From contig CAZZVR010000001.1 of assembly GCA_964657595.1 (NCBI GenBank), positions 17,580 through 81,579 on the forward strand: a stretch of DNA of 64,000 nt, written 5' to 3'. The translations under genes and the position numbers were made by a program. This DNA comes from Burkholderia sp. PAMC 26561. Lineage in GTDB: Bacteria; Actinomycetota; Thermoleophilia; Solirubrobacterales; Solirubrobacteraceae. Numbering within the stretch: the stretch's first letter is position 1; each line of letters opens with the position of its first letter. The notes under the pieces were generated by a model. The model ran no database searches. It was given only the letters and a program-made list of their open reading frames with translations, and was not told where the DNA came from. Shown here piece after piece: positions 9,931-19,526 of this stretch.

Positions 9931-11583
9931 TTGTCGGGCAAGCACTCTGATGTGGACGTGGTCGTCGTCGGCGCCGGGTTCGCGGGTCTGCGGGCGCTGC
10001 ACTCACTTCGTGCGCAGGGCCTGCACGTTGTTGTTCTCGAGGGCGCTCGGGGTATCGGCGGGGTGTGGTACTGGAACCGATATCCCGGCGCCCGCTGCGA
10101 CATCGAGAGCTACGACTACTCCTACGGATTCTCCCCGGAACTCGACCAGGAGTGGCGATGGACCGAGCGCTACGCCCGGCAGCCCGAGATCCTGCGTTAC
10201 ATCGAGTACGTCGCCGATCGCTTTGACCTGCGGCGTGACGTGCATCTGGATCGTCGGGTGTCGCGCGCTTCATGGGAGCAGAGTGGCCAGCGCTGGAACG
10301 TCGAGACCGAGCAGGGCGACACATACTTCGGCCGCTTTCTCGTCTGGGCGGTGGGGAACCTGTCAGCGACCAAGCGCCCCGAGCTTCCAGGGCTCGCCGA
10401 ATTTCCCGGACGCGTTCTGCACACCGCGCAATGGCCGCACGAAGCGGTGGATGTCAATGGGCTGGCCGTCGGTGTCATCGGCACCGGTTCCTCAGGCATG
10501 CAGTCCATCCCCATCCTCGCCCAGAGCGCTGCTCATCTCACCGTGTTCCAGAGGACACCCAACTTCAGCGTTCCGGCTCGACACCGGCTGATCAGCGACG
10601 CGGACGACGCGAAGATCAAGGCCGATTACGCCGCCCGCCGCCAGCGGATTCTGGCGTCTCCCACCGGTCTCGGATTTCGGCCCCGCCCGGAATTGGCCCT
10701 CGATGTGTCGCCGGCTGAACGCAACGCGGCTTTCGAGACGGCCTGGGACGGGGCCGGCTTTGGCTTCGCGCTGACTTTCCGCGACCTGCTCATCGACGAG
10801 CGGGCCAACGACACCGCAGCAGACTTCATCCGTGCCAAGATCGCCTCCGCTGTTCGCGATCCGGAGACCCGTAAACAGCTCACCCCGGAGGGGTATCCGT
10901 TCGGCGCTAAACGCCCAGTCGTCGATGACGGCTACTTCGAAACCTTCAATCGCGACAACGTGTCGCTCGTTGACATCCACGACGACCCGCTCCTCCGGAT
11001 CACCCCCACCGGCATCGAACTCGCCAGCGGTGCGAGCCATCCGCTCGACGTCATCGTGCTGGCGACCGGATTCGACGCGCTGACGGGGTCACTGCTCAAC
11101 CCCGAGATCGTCGGCCGTGACGGCGTGACCCTGGCCGAGAAGTGGGCAAACGGACCGGTGACGCACATGGGTCTTGGCATGCGCGGGTTCCCGAACATGT
11201 TCGTGATCGCCGGCCCAGGCAGCCCTGCCCTTCTCATCAACGTGCTCGTCGGGATCGAGTTGCACGTCGACTGGCTCGCGCGACTGATCCGGAACATGGA
11301 GCACACGGGCGCGTCAGTCGTCGAGGTCGAGGAGCCGGCCGAGCAGATGTGGGGCGAGCACATCAGCGAGCTCGCCTCACAGACTCTGTACACGCGCGCG
11401 CGTAGCTACTACATGGGAGATGAGGTTCCGGGCAAGCCCCGGGGTTTCATGATGTACAGCGGCGGCTTGCGCCGGTATCGAGCGTTGCTGGAGAAGTGCG
11501 CCGACGACGGTTATGAGGGCTTTACCTTCGACGTCCGAAACTCGTCAACCACCACCGATGACCGGAGCCTCCAGACACGATGA
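9931..11583 (+). CDS. Type I Baeyer-Villiger monooxygenase (CHMO/PAMO/OTEMO-like)
   Basis: GAGFAG, GGVWYWNRYPGARCD, fingerprint FPGRVLHTAQWP, IGTGSSG. Confidence 0.93.
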   Translation: MSGKHSDVDVVVVGAGFAGLRALHSLRAQGLHVVVLEGARGIGGVWYWNRYPGARCDIESYDYSYGFSPELDQEWRWTERYARQPEILRYIEYVADRFDLRRDVHLDRRVSRASWEQSGQRWNVETEQGDTYFGRFLVWAVGNLSATKRPELPGLAEFPGRVLHTAQWPHEAVDVNGLAVGVIGTGSSGMQSIPILAQSAAHLTVFQRTPNFSVPARHRLISDADDAKIKADYAARRQRILASPTGLGFRPRPELALDVSPAERNAAFETAWDGAGFGFALTFRDLLIDERANDTAADFIRAKIASAVRDPETRKQLTPEGYPFGAKRPVVDDGYFETFNRDNVSLVDIHDDPLLRITPTGIELASGASHPLDVIVLATGFDALTGSLLNPEIVGRDGVTLAEKWANGPVTHMGLGMRGFPNMFVIAGPGSPALLINVLVGIELHVDWLARLIRNMEHTGASVVEVEEPAEQMWGEHISELASQTLYTRARSYYMGDEVPGKPRGFMMYSGGLRRYRALLEKCADDGYEGFTFDVRNSSTTTDDRSLQTR

Positions 11584-12029
11584 GCACCGTCTCCAACGGG
11601 GCGCCTCCGGCGTCCGGCACCATCACCACCGATACGCCGATCGGGTTTGAACTCATCGGCGTCAAGAAGCGCGCTGTCGTCCAGCTGATGGGCTCACGGG
11701 TATGGGGTCGTTTCAACCCCAATCACTGGGATCCGGTCTACGCCCATAAAACCGGACTGCCCGCGCCCATTCAGACCGGTGAGATGTCAAGCGCGTACAT
11801 CTCGGAGATGTGCGTCAACCACTTCGGCGCAAACTTCTTCCGCGGATCGCGGGTCATGTGCAAGTACGTGGCCTCGACCATCGCGGACGAGGTGATCTCC
11901 ACCCACGGCGTGGTCACTGACAAGGTGCCCAAAGGCTGTGGTTATCGATTCACCGTCGAGGTCTGGGCGAGCAACGAGGCGGGAGAGAAGAAGACCGTGG
12001 GTACCGTGGAGGTCGACGTCGATGTCTGA
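11580..12029 (+). CDS. MaoC-like hotdog-fold protein
   Basis: FNPNHWD...GLPAPIQTG hydratase-like segment. Confidence 0.75.
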   Translation: MSTVSNGAPPASGTITTDTPIGFELIGVKKRAVVQLMGSRVWGRFNPNHWDPVYAHKTGLPAPIQTGEMSSAYISEMCVNHFGANFFRGSRVMCKYVASTIADEVISTHGVVTDKVPKGCGYRFTVEVWASNEAGEKKTVGTVEVDVDV

Positions 12030-12558
12030 GCAACCGCCGAGGACGGATGCGTTGAGGCCGATGACCTCGATCCAGATCCAGCAGACCGAGGAGTTCGTGA
12101 CGAGCCTCGCCGAAGCCTCCGAGCCCTACTGGGACATGGTGCAGATCGGCGATGAACTCTCACGTGACCTGCATCTCTCTCCGGAGCTGGTGATCCTCTA
12201 CGCGGATGGGGTCGAGGACTTCAACCCATGGTACGAGGGATGGCGCATGAACACCTGGAAGTCTGATGGCGCCTCGCCGTTCGGCCCCGCGATCGTTCCG
12301 CCGCTGCTGATCTCTCACTTCGTGCTGTCGGTGCAATTCGATCACACCAAGCCTTTCGCCGTGGGCTCGATCCACACGTTCCACGATACGACCCTGCATG
12401 CGCCGATCTCTGTCGGTGCAACGGTGCGGATTCTCACGCGCGCGACGGATAAGTTCGTCAAGCGCGACCGACGCTACGTCCGCCACGAGGTCACAGTCAC
12501 CGACGTGGAGAGTGGTCAGCTGTACCTCACCGAACTCCGGGACATCCTGTCGCGATGA
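12022..12558 (+). CDS. MaoC-like hotdog-fold protein (probable partner subunit)
   Basis: YADGVEDFNPWY...FGPAIVPP...DKFVKRDRRYV; ATG 12022. Confidence 0.7.
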   Translation: MSEQPPRTDALRPMTSIQIQQTEEFVTSLAEASEPYWDMVQIGDELSRDLHLSPELVILYADGVEDFNPWYEGWRMNTWKSDGASPFGPAIVPPLLISHFVLSVQFDHTKPFAVGSIHTFHDTTLHAPISVGATVRILTRATDKFVKRDRRYVRHEVTVTDVESGQLYLTELRDILSR

Positions 12559-12598
12559 TCGTCTCCGACGGTCGCGAGATCCCGCTCTCCCTAGCCAG

Positions 12599-13600
12599 GT
12601 GAACACGCTGCAGATCGATTCAGACGCGGCCGTGCTGGCGGCCCGGTTTGCCAGGCTCGGCATCCCCCGCCACGATCAGCTGGGGGTACTCAGGGCTCGA
12701 GCGACGCTGGAGCGCGTGACCCGACTGCAGCCACCCCCGGTAGCCGTGGCTGAGGTCCGCGACTGTCTACTCCCAGGTGCGACCGGTCGCCTACCCGCAC
12801 GGGTCTACGAGTCCGCCCCAGACCCCGATGGACCGCTGGTTATGTATATCCACGGCGGAGGCTGGGCGCTGGGATCGATCGCCGTTGCGGACGGGCCCTG
12901 TCGACAACTCGCCGTGGCCAGCGGCTGCCGCGTGGTCTCGCTCGGCTACCGCCTGGCCCCGGAGACGCCCTTCCCAGGACCGCTCGAGGACTGCCTCGCG
13001 GCCGCCCGCGCGCTCATCGACGATCCGACGATCGCTGGAGCGCCAGCGTTTTCGGGCCTTGCGCTCGTCGGTGACAGCGCCGGGGGCAATCTTGCCGCCG
13101 CCACGACGCTCGTCCTGCGCGATGACCGGCCTGGCGCGGTGAGCGCACAGGTGCTTCTCTACCCATGCCTGGCGCCGGCCGATGGCAGTCCCTTTGCCTC
13201 TTATTCCCAGCACGCAGAGGCACCGCTGATGACTGCCCGCGAGCTTGCCTGGTTCTGGGAGCTGTACGTGCCGGATTCACACGCGCTCACCGATCCTCGC
13301 GCCGCCCCCCTGCTGGCTGAGGATTTCTCGGGGCTGCCCCCGACGACGATTCTGCTTGCGGGTCAGGATCCCCTGCATGACGAGGGCGTGGCGTACGCCG
13401 AGCGGCTGCGCGAAGTGGGGGTGCGCACCGAGCTGCGAACGTGGCCGGGGCAACCGCACGGTTTCTGGTGGATGGGTGCCGCGCTGTCTCGCGCGACGGA
13501 GGCCACCGAGTCGATCGCCGCTGCGCTACGGGAATGTCCGTCGGTCGCACTGGCCGATGAAACGGTCGGAGGAGGATGGAATGACCTTGCAGGCGCCTGA
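12599..13600 (+). CDS. HSL-family esterase / lactone hydrolase
   Basis: HGGGW, GDSAGG, DPLHDEG, HGF; start uncertain. Confidence 0.88.
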   Translation: MNTLQIDSDAAVLAARFARLGIPRHDQLGVLRARATLERVTRLQPPPVAVAEVRDCLLPGATGRLPARVYESAPDPDGPLVMYIHGGGWALGSIAVADGPCRQLAVASGCRVVSLGYRLAPETPFPGPLEDCLAAARALIDDPTIAGAPAFSGLALVGDSAGGNLAAATTLVLRDDRPGAVSAQVLLYPCLAPADGSPFASYSQHAEAPLMTARELAWFWELYVPDSHALTDPRAAPLLAEDFSGLPPTTILLAGQDPLHDEGVAYAERLREVGVRTELRTWPGQPHGFWWMGAALSRATEATESIAAALRECPSVALADETVGGGWNDLAGA

Positions 13601-15350
13601 GGCGCGTCGCGCGGCACTCGAGGCTCACTACACGCCGTGGACGGGCGCGACGATCTGGGGTGCCCTGGACCGAGCGGTCGAGCGGTACGCGGATCAGCCG
13701 TTGGTGATGACCGACGAGTCGGAAGTGACCTACCGCGAGGTGCAGGAGCGTTCACGACGGATTGCAGCCGGACTCGTCGCGCTCGGCATCGAGCCGGGCG
13801 AGCACGTTGCGCTTGTGATGGCCAACTATCCAGATTTTGCCGCGGTGAAGTTCGGGATCGCCCGGGCCGGAGCGGTGTGTATACCAATCAACTTCCTCTA
13901 TCGAGCCCGGGAACTGGCCTACGTGCTGAACCAGTCAGACGCCAAGCTGCTCATCACGATGGATCACTTTCGCGATCTCGACTACGCGGCGGCGCTGGAT
14001 GAGCTGTCCCCGGGCTGGGAGTTCGGGGATGTCAGCGACGGGCTGCCCGCACTCGAGCGCGTTGTCGTGTTCGACCCTGAGGGCGACGTGCGCAGTGACG
14101 CGATGAGCCTCGCCGACCTCGAATCGCTGGCATCTGAGTCGACACTGACCGAGGTCGCCCGACGCGAGGCCGAATCAGATCCCAGCCGTCTGTCCGACAT
14201 CCTCTATACCTCGGGGACGACCGGTGAGCCCAAGGGGGTGATGATCACCCACGACCAGGTCGTCCGGGTTTCTTACGGAGCCGCGTATGACCGTGCGCTC
14301 GAGGAGGGCCGACGCCTCATCTACCCCATGCCCATGTACCACGTGTTCGGCTACATGGAATGTCTGATGGCCGTGCTGTTCGTCGGTGGAGCGGTGCTGC
14401 CCCAAGTCGTCTTCGATGCACCGACAATGCTGCGCACTATCGAGCGACGAAGGGTCAACGAGGTGGTTGCCGTGCCCGCCGTTACCCTGCCGCTGCTGGC
14501 CGAGGCGCGGCGCGGCGCGTACGACATCTCGTCTGTGCACACCGTCTTCTCATCGGGTGGGGTGGCTCCGCAATCGATCTGGTCCCAGATCCGAGACGTG
14601 TTCGGCGAGTCGGTCGCGATCACCACCGGCTACGGAATGACCGAGACGACCGCGACGACCTTCTGCACTCGGCCCGAGGACGACCCGCGACTCCTCGTCG
14701 AGACCAACGGGCATCTGCGCCGGGCCGGGGTAGCCGGAGCACCGGAGCTCGACAGCCTGCTGGTCGTCTACAAGGCTGTGGACCTGGTCACCGGCGAGGA
14801 GGTCGCGTCGGGGGAGCCGGGCGAGCTGCTCGCAAAGGGGCCGATTGTCACCTCCGGCTACTACCGCAAACCCGAGGAGACCGAGCGCGCCTTCACCCCC
14901 GACGGCTGGCTGCGGACCGGTGACGTGGGCACCCTGGACGACGCCGGCAACCTGCGGCTGACCGGCCGGGTCAAGGAGACGCTCAGGGTCGGAGGCGAGA
15001 TGGTGATGCCGCGCGAGATCGAGGCTGTGCTCGAGCAGCATCCGGGAGTGCTGCAGGCCTATGTCTGCGGCATCCCACACGAGCGCATGGGTGAGGTGGC
15101 ATGTGCGTTCGTGATCGCCGCCGACCCTGACCAGCTTCCTGATCTCGACGAGCTCCAGGCGATATGCCGCGTCGAGCTCGCGTCGTTCAAGGTTCCGCGG
15201 AACATCTTCGTGGTGAGCGTTGACGAGCTGCCGACCACGGTGACCGGTCGGGTGCAGAAGTTTCGCTTGTCTGAGCTCGGCGCGCGACGGGTGGAGCAGC
15301 TCTCCCGCGGGACGGCCGTCGACCGGGCCGCAGGGCTCGGAGCGAGCTGA
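13581..15350 (+). CDS. Acyl-CoA synthetase
   Basis: YTSGTTGEPKG, GYGMTE, WLRTGD; RBS GGAGGA. Confidence 0.92.
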   Translation: MTLQAPEARRAALEAHYTPWTGATIWGALDRAVERYADQPLVMTDESEVTYREVQERSRRIAAGLVALGIEPGEHVALVMANYPDFAAVKFGIARAGAVCIPINFLYRARELAYVLNQSDAKLLITMDHFRDLDYAAALDELSPGWEFGDVSDGLPALERVVVFDPEGDVRSDAMSLADLESLASESTLTEVARREAESDPSRLSDILYTSGTTGEPKGVMITHDQVVRVSYGAAYDRALEEGRRLIYPMPMYHVFGYMECLMAVLFVGGAVLPQVVFDAPTMLRTIERRRVNEVVAVPAVTLPLLAEARRGAYDISSVHTVFSSGGVAPQSIWSQIRDVFGESVAITTGYGMTETTATTFCTRPEDDPRLLVETNGHLRRAGVAGAPELDSLLVVYKAVDLVTGEEVASGEPGELLAKGPIVTSGYYRKPEETERAFTPDGWLRTGDVGTLDDAGNLRLTGRVKETLRVGGEMVMPREIEAVLEQHPGVLQAYVCGIPHERMGEVACAFVIAADPDQLPDLDELQAICRVELASFKVPRNIFVVSVDELPTTVTGRVQKFRLSELGARRVEQLSRGTAVDRAAGLGAS

Positions 15351-16093
15351 TGACCCGAATTGCGATGGTGACGGGCGCCGCGCGTGGGATCGGACGGGCC
15401 GTCGCGGAGCGACTGGCCGCCGACGGATTTGACGTCGTGGCCGTCGACCTGGATGCCACGGCCTGCGAGCAGACAGTCTCCGCCGTACGCGCCGGCGGCC
15501 AACGAGGGACAGCGATTGCCGGCGATGTGTCCGATGCAGCCGTCGTCGCGACAGTCGTCGGCCAGGCCGTCGCGGAGCTCGGGCCACCGACCATTCTGGT
15601 CAACAACGCAGGAATCCTCCGTGAGGGGCTCGTCGCCAAGACCGAGCTGTGCGATTGGCAGACGCTGCTCGACGTGAATCTAACCGGCACCTTCCTCATG
15701 TCCCGCGCCGTGGCCCCGCACATGCGCGAGGCGGGATGGGGTCGGATCGTCAACCTGTCCTCGATCGGCGCCCGCGGGTTGATTGGCCTCGGCGGCTACG
15801 GCGCCGCCAAGGCCGGCGTTGAGGCGCTCACCAAGACCCTTGCGATCGAGCTCGGCCGTCACGGGGTCACGGTGAACGCCGTGGCTCCCGGGTTCATTGC
15901 GACCGAGATGAACCGCGGTCTCGCGGAGCGCTCGGGCCGGACCTACGACGCACTGGAGGCGCAGATGGTCGTTGACGTCCCGGTCGGCCGGCCCGGGACC
16001 CCGGAGGACATCGCCCACGTTGTTTCGTTCTTCGTCGACGAGCGATCCAGCTTCATCAGCGGTCAGGTGCTTTCCGCCAGCGGGGGCGCCTGA
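15350..16093 (+). CDS. FabG-like SDR
   Basis: TGAARGIG, NNAG, YGAAK. Confidence 0.88.
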   Translation: MTRIAMVTGAARGIGRAVAERLAADGFDVVAVDLDATACEQTVSAVRAGGQRGTAIAGDVSDAAVVATVVGQAVAELGPPTILVNNAGILREGLVAKTELCDWQTLLDVNLTGTFLMSRAVAPHMREAGWGRIVNLSSIGARGLIGLGGYGAAKAGVEALTKTLAIELGRHGVTVNAVAPGFIATEMNRGLAERSGRTYDALEAQMVVDVPVGRPGTPEDIAHVVSFFVDERSSFISGQVLSASGGA

Positions 16094-16126
16094 CCCGTTC
16101 GCGTCGCGGTCTGCGGCGCACCGGGC

Positions 16127-17680
16127 TCAGATCGGAATGCTCTTCACCGCCCGGAGGTCGATCTTACCCGTCGGTGTCATCGGCAGCGACGAGACGAAGC
16201 TCACGATGCGTGGCTTTCGGTAGGAGCCGAGCTCCTTCTCGACCGCCGTCCTGATCATCTCGGTGGTCACCGAGGACTCAGCTGAGGTAACTACGACCGC
16301 CCGGACCGATTCGCCCCAGACCTCATCCGGCGATCCGACAACGGCGACCTCGGCCACTCCGGGCATATTGGCGATGACGCGCTCGATCTCGGCCGGGAAG
16401 ATGTTCTCTCCCCCGGAGATGATCATGTTCTTGATCCGGTCCACGATGTAGACGTAGCCGAGGTCGTCCCAGACCGCTCCATCTCCGCTGTGCACCCAGC
16501 CGTCGCGGAGCAGAGTCTGGGTTTCTTCGGGCTTATTCCAGTAACTCAGCATGTTGTTGGAGCCGCGATGGCAGAGTTCCCCCGGCGTGACCCCGTCGCG
16601 CGGCACCAGCGCGCCTGACGGATCGATGATCTTGATCTCGCTCTCAAGAGCAGGACGGCCACACGAGCGCAGCAGCTCCGGTCTCTCGCCGGCGAGCGCC
16701 GCACGGTGGGCCGCAGGCCCGAGCGTCGTACCGGTGCCGAACTCGGACATCCCCCAGATTTGAAGCAGCTCCGCATTGAACAGGTCAGCCGCACTGCGGA
16801 TGACCTCCTCGCCCATCCGGGCCCCGCCGTAACCGACGAGGCGAACGGAGGGCGTCTTGGTGCCGGTGGTGCGTAGGACCTCAAGGAGCCGTGGGAGCAT
16901 CGTCGCGATACAGAAGAATCCGGTGACCCCCCAGTCGTTGATTACCCGCACGGTCTCCTCGGCGTCGAAGTTGGTGACGACGACCGGCCGACCGAGACAG
17001 AGATGGGCCAGCGGCATGTACCCGGTGACATGGAAGAACTGACCCAACATCATGAAGACATCGTCCTCGGTGATGCGCTGAGCCGCCATGTAGTTGAGCA
17101 TGTTCCCGGCGTAGGAGGCCTGGCTGTGCACCGCACACTTCGGGACGCCCGTCGTACCACCGGTGGAAACCGCCAGATAGGGTTCGCTCAGCAGCGAATC
17201 CGGGGCCGGCAGCGGTGAGAGTATCCCCATATCCGCGCTATTGACCTCTTCGAGAAGCGCTTCGTACGCCGAGCTCGTACCCGTGTGCCACTCGATCCAG
17301 CGGGCGTCTGGCGCTCCCTCGCGCAACCGCTGCGCGTCCTCGGCGAAGTCTGTGTCGTAGAAGACCACCGAGGGGCTTGCCGCCTGCAGGGCGAGGATGT
17401 TCAAGGCGTGCGCCTGACGCCAGTTGAGCGGGAAGAGCAGCGTCCCGCTGGCCGCGCAGGCCAGATAGATCTCGATGTACTCGAGCCGGTTCTGACTGAG
17501 CACGGCGATGCGCTCGCCGCGACCTGCACCAAGAAGGTCCTGGAGGCCGTGGGCGAGGTGCCGAGTCCGCGTCGCCAGCTCTGCGAACGTGCGCGATATC
17601 CCCAGATGTGGGTCGATCAGGGCGACTGCGTCGGGCTGTGACCAGCTCGTCTTGGTGGCCCATTCGGCGAAGTTCTTCAC
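16127..17680 (-). CDS. Acyl-CoA synthetase
   Basis: STGGTTGVPK, WGMSE, WVHSGD, TGKI; GTG 17680 with AAGGAG RBS. Confidence 0.9.
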   Translation of the reverse strand: MKNFAEWATKTSWSQPDAVALIDPHLGISRTFAELATRTRHLAHGLQDLLGAGRGERIAVLSQNRLEYIEIYLACAASGTLLFPLNWRQAHALNILALQAASPSVVFYDTDFAEDAQRLREGAPDARWIEWHTGTSSAYEALLEEVNSADMGILSPLPAPDSLLSEPYLAVSTGGTTGVPKCAVHSQASYAGNMLNYMAAQRITEDDVFMMLGQFFHVTGYMPLAHLCLGRPVVVTNFDAEETVRVINDWGVTGFFCIATMLPRLLEVLRTTGTKTPSVRLVGYGGARMGEEVIRSAADLFNAELLQIWGMSEFGTGTTLGPAAHRAALAGERPELLRSCGRPALESEIKIIDPSGALVPRDGVTPGELCHRGSNNMLSYWNKPEETQTLLRDGWVHSGDGAVWDDLGYVYIVDRIKNMIISGGENIFPAEIERVIANMPGVAEVAVVGSPDEVWGESVRAVVVTSAESSVTTEMIRTAVEKELGSYRKPRIVSFVSSLPMTPTGKIDLRAVKSIPI

Positions 17681-17859
17681 CGTGCTGTCTCTCCTTATGG
17701 ACGGTAAGAGACGGCGAATGCTGTCGTCTCCTCTCCCGTTCGAGAACATACTCCTTGCTCGCCAACTCGTCAACGTTCAATTTGACGACGGATCGAACAT
17801 CTGCCACCCTGAGCTCTCCAGGGCATACGCCTGCAGCCCACCAACCCGGAGTCACCACC

Positions 17860-19509
17860 TTGAAGGTGTACGAAGCGATGGCGCACGCATTTGAGGCAGA
17901 GCGCGTTGAAACGCTCTTCTCTCTGATGGGCGACGCCAACATGTATTGGATGTCATCCCTGACGGCGCTCGGTGTTCGGAACGTCCACGCTCGTCACGAG
18001 AACGCCGCGGTGGCGATGGCCGACGGGTACGCCCGCGCCACCGGCAACGTCGGGGTCGCCACCGTCACCAGCGGGCCCGGGCTGATGCATGCCGGGAATG
18101 CGCTGACCGCGGCTGCCCGCTACGGAACCCCGATGGTTCTGTTCGCTGGGGACACGGTCCCGGGAGATACCTCGGCGTTGCAGTATCTGGATCACCGAGC
18201 CCTGGCCAACACCTGCGGAATCCATTGTGAGGCCGTCGTCTCCGCCGGGCGCGCCCTGGACTCGGTGCGGGCTGCGTTTGATCGTGCCCGAAGCCTCCGC
18301 GAGCCGGTCCTGTTGAGCGTTCCGATGAACATCCAGGACGAGACCCTTCCGTTCGAGTACAGCTATCAGCCCTCACCCGTCCGCGGCGACCTCGAAGCGA
18401 CGGTGCCGACCGCCGACGCGCTCCACGACGCGGCTGAGCTGATCGCCTGTTCAAGCCGCCCGATCATCCTGGTTGGCGATGGCGCGCTGACGGGTGGCGC
18501 GCTTGATGCAGTTGTTCAGCTAGGCGACCGCATCGGAGCGCTCTACGCGACGACGCTTCGGGCCAAGGGGGCGCTCGGCGACTCGGAGTGGAGCATCGGA
18601 GTCGCTGGTGGGTTCTCCCGTCCGGGAGCGGAGGCTGTGTTCGGAGAGGCAGATCTGGTGATCGGGGTCGGCGCGAGCATGAACCACTTCACGCGCCGAG
18701 AGGGGCATCTGTTCTCGCAGGCGCGGACGATCCAGATAGCGGACCGGCCAGCTGCGGCCGTTCGCGGAGCCGAGCCGGTGAACCGTTTCCTTCATGGAGA
18801 TGCCCGTCACACCGTCGAGCTGCTGGATGAGCTGCTTGCCGCGGCCGATGTGCAGAACAGCGGATTCAGGTCCTCCTTCACGCCGCAAGCCTGGGACCCC
18901 TACGCCGACGCGGTCAGAGCGAGTGATCCGGCTAACGGAATGGATCCCCGCGAGCTGATCGAACAGCTCGAGGCGGTCATCCCCGATGGGGCCATGATTG
19001 TGAGTGGCGCGGGCCATTTCTGGTCATTCGTGGCTCGCGGTCTGACCGGCCGTGGCGGGCGGCGCTACATGTACTGCCTCGGCTTCGGCTCCATCGGGCA
19101 GGCGCTGCCGGTTGCCATCGGGGCGCAGATAGGACGGCCTGATTCCCCGATCGTGGTGATCGACGGCGACTCCAGCATTCTCATGCATCTTGTGGAACTC
19201 GACACCGCGGTTCGTTCGGGCTGCCACCTACTGACCGTCGTGATGGACGACGACGCTATGGGAGCCGAGTTGCACAAACTTAATCTCAAGGGCGTGCCCT
19301 CAGAAGATGCGCTGGTGCTGACCCCGGACCTGGCGCGAATCGCCGAGGGCCTCGGTGCGGTCGGCCGGCTCGCTCGGACCAGCGAGGATCTCGTGAGCCA
19401 ACTTGACGCCTTCGATTGGCGGTCGGTCTGTCTGATCGACGCCAAGGTAACGCGTGAGATCGTCGACGTGTCAGCGGTGATGGGGAATGAGGTTGCGCTC
19501 ACCGCCTGA
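17860..19509 (+). CDS. Thiamine-diphosphate-dependent enzyme (ALS/HACL superfamily)
   Basis: ARHENAAVAMADGYAR, TSGPG, GFGSIGQALP; variant ThDP motif GDSS...MDD. Confidence 0.88.
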   Translation: MKVYEAMAHAFEAERVETLFSLMGDANMYWMSSLTALGVRNVHARHENAAVAMADGYARATGNVGVATVTSGPGLMHAGNALTAAARYGTPMVLFAGDTVPGDTSALQYLDHRALANTCGIHCEAVVSAGRALDSVRAAFDRARSLREPVLLSVPMNIQDETLPFEYSYQPSPVRGDLEATVPTADALHDAAELIACSSRPIILVGDGALTGGALDAVVQLGDRIGALYATTLRAKGALGDSEWSIGVAGGFSRPGAEAVFGEADLVIGVGASMNHFTRREGHLFSQARTIQIADRPAAAVRGAEPVNRFLHGDARHTVELLDELLAAADVQNSGFRSSFTPQAWDPYADAVRASDPANGMDPRELIEQLEAVIPDGAMIVSGAGHFWSFVARGLTGRGGRRYMYCLGFGSIGQALPVAIGAQIGRPDSPIVVIDGDSSILMHLVELDTAVRSGCHLLTVVMDDDAMGAELHKLNLKGVPSEDALVLTPDLARIAEGLGAVGRLARTSEDLVSQLDAFDWRSVCLIDAKVTREIVDVSAVMGNEVALTA

Positions 19510-19526
19510 CGCCGCCTTGCGGCCAT

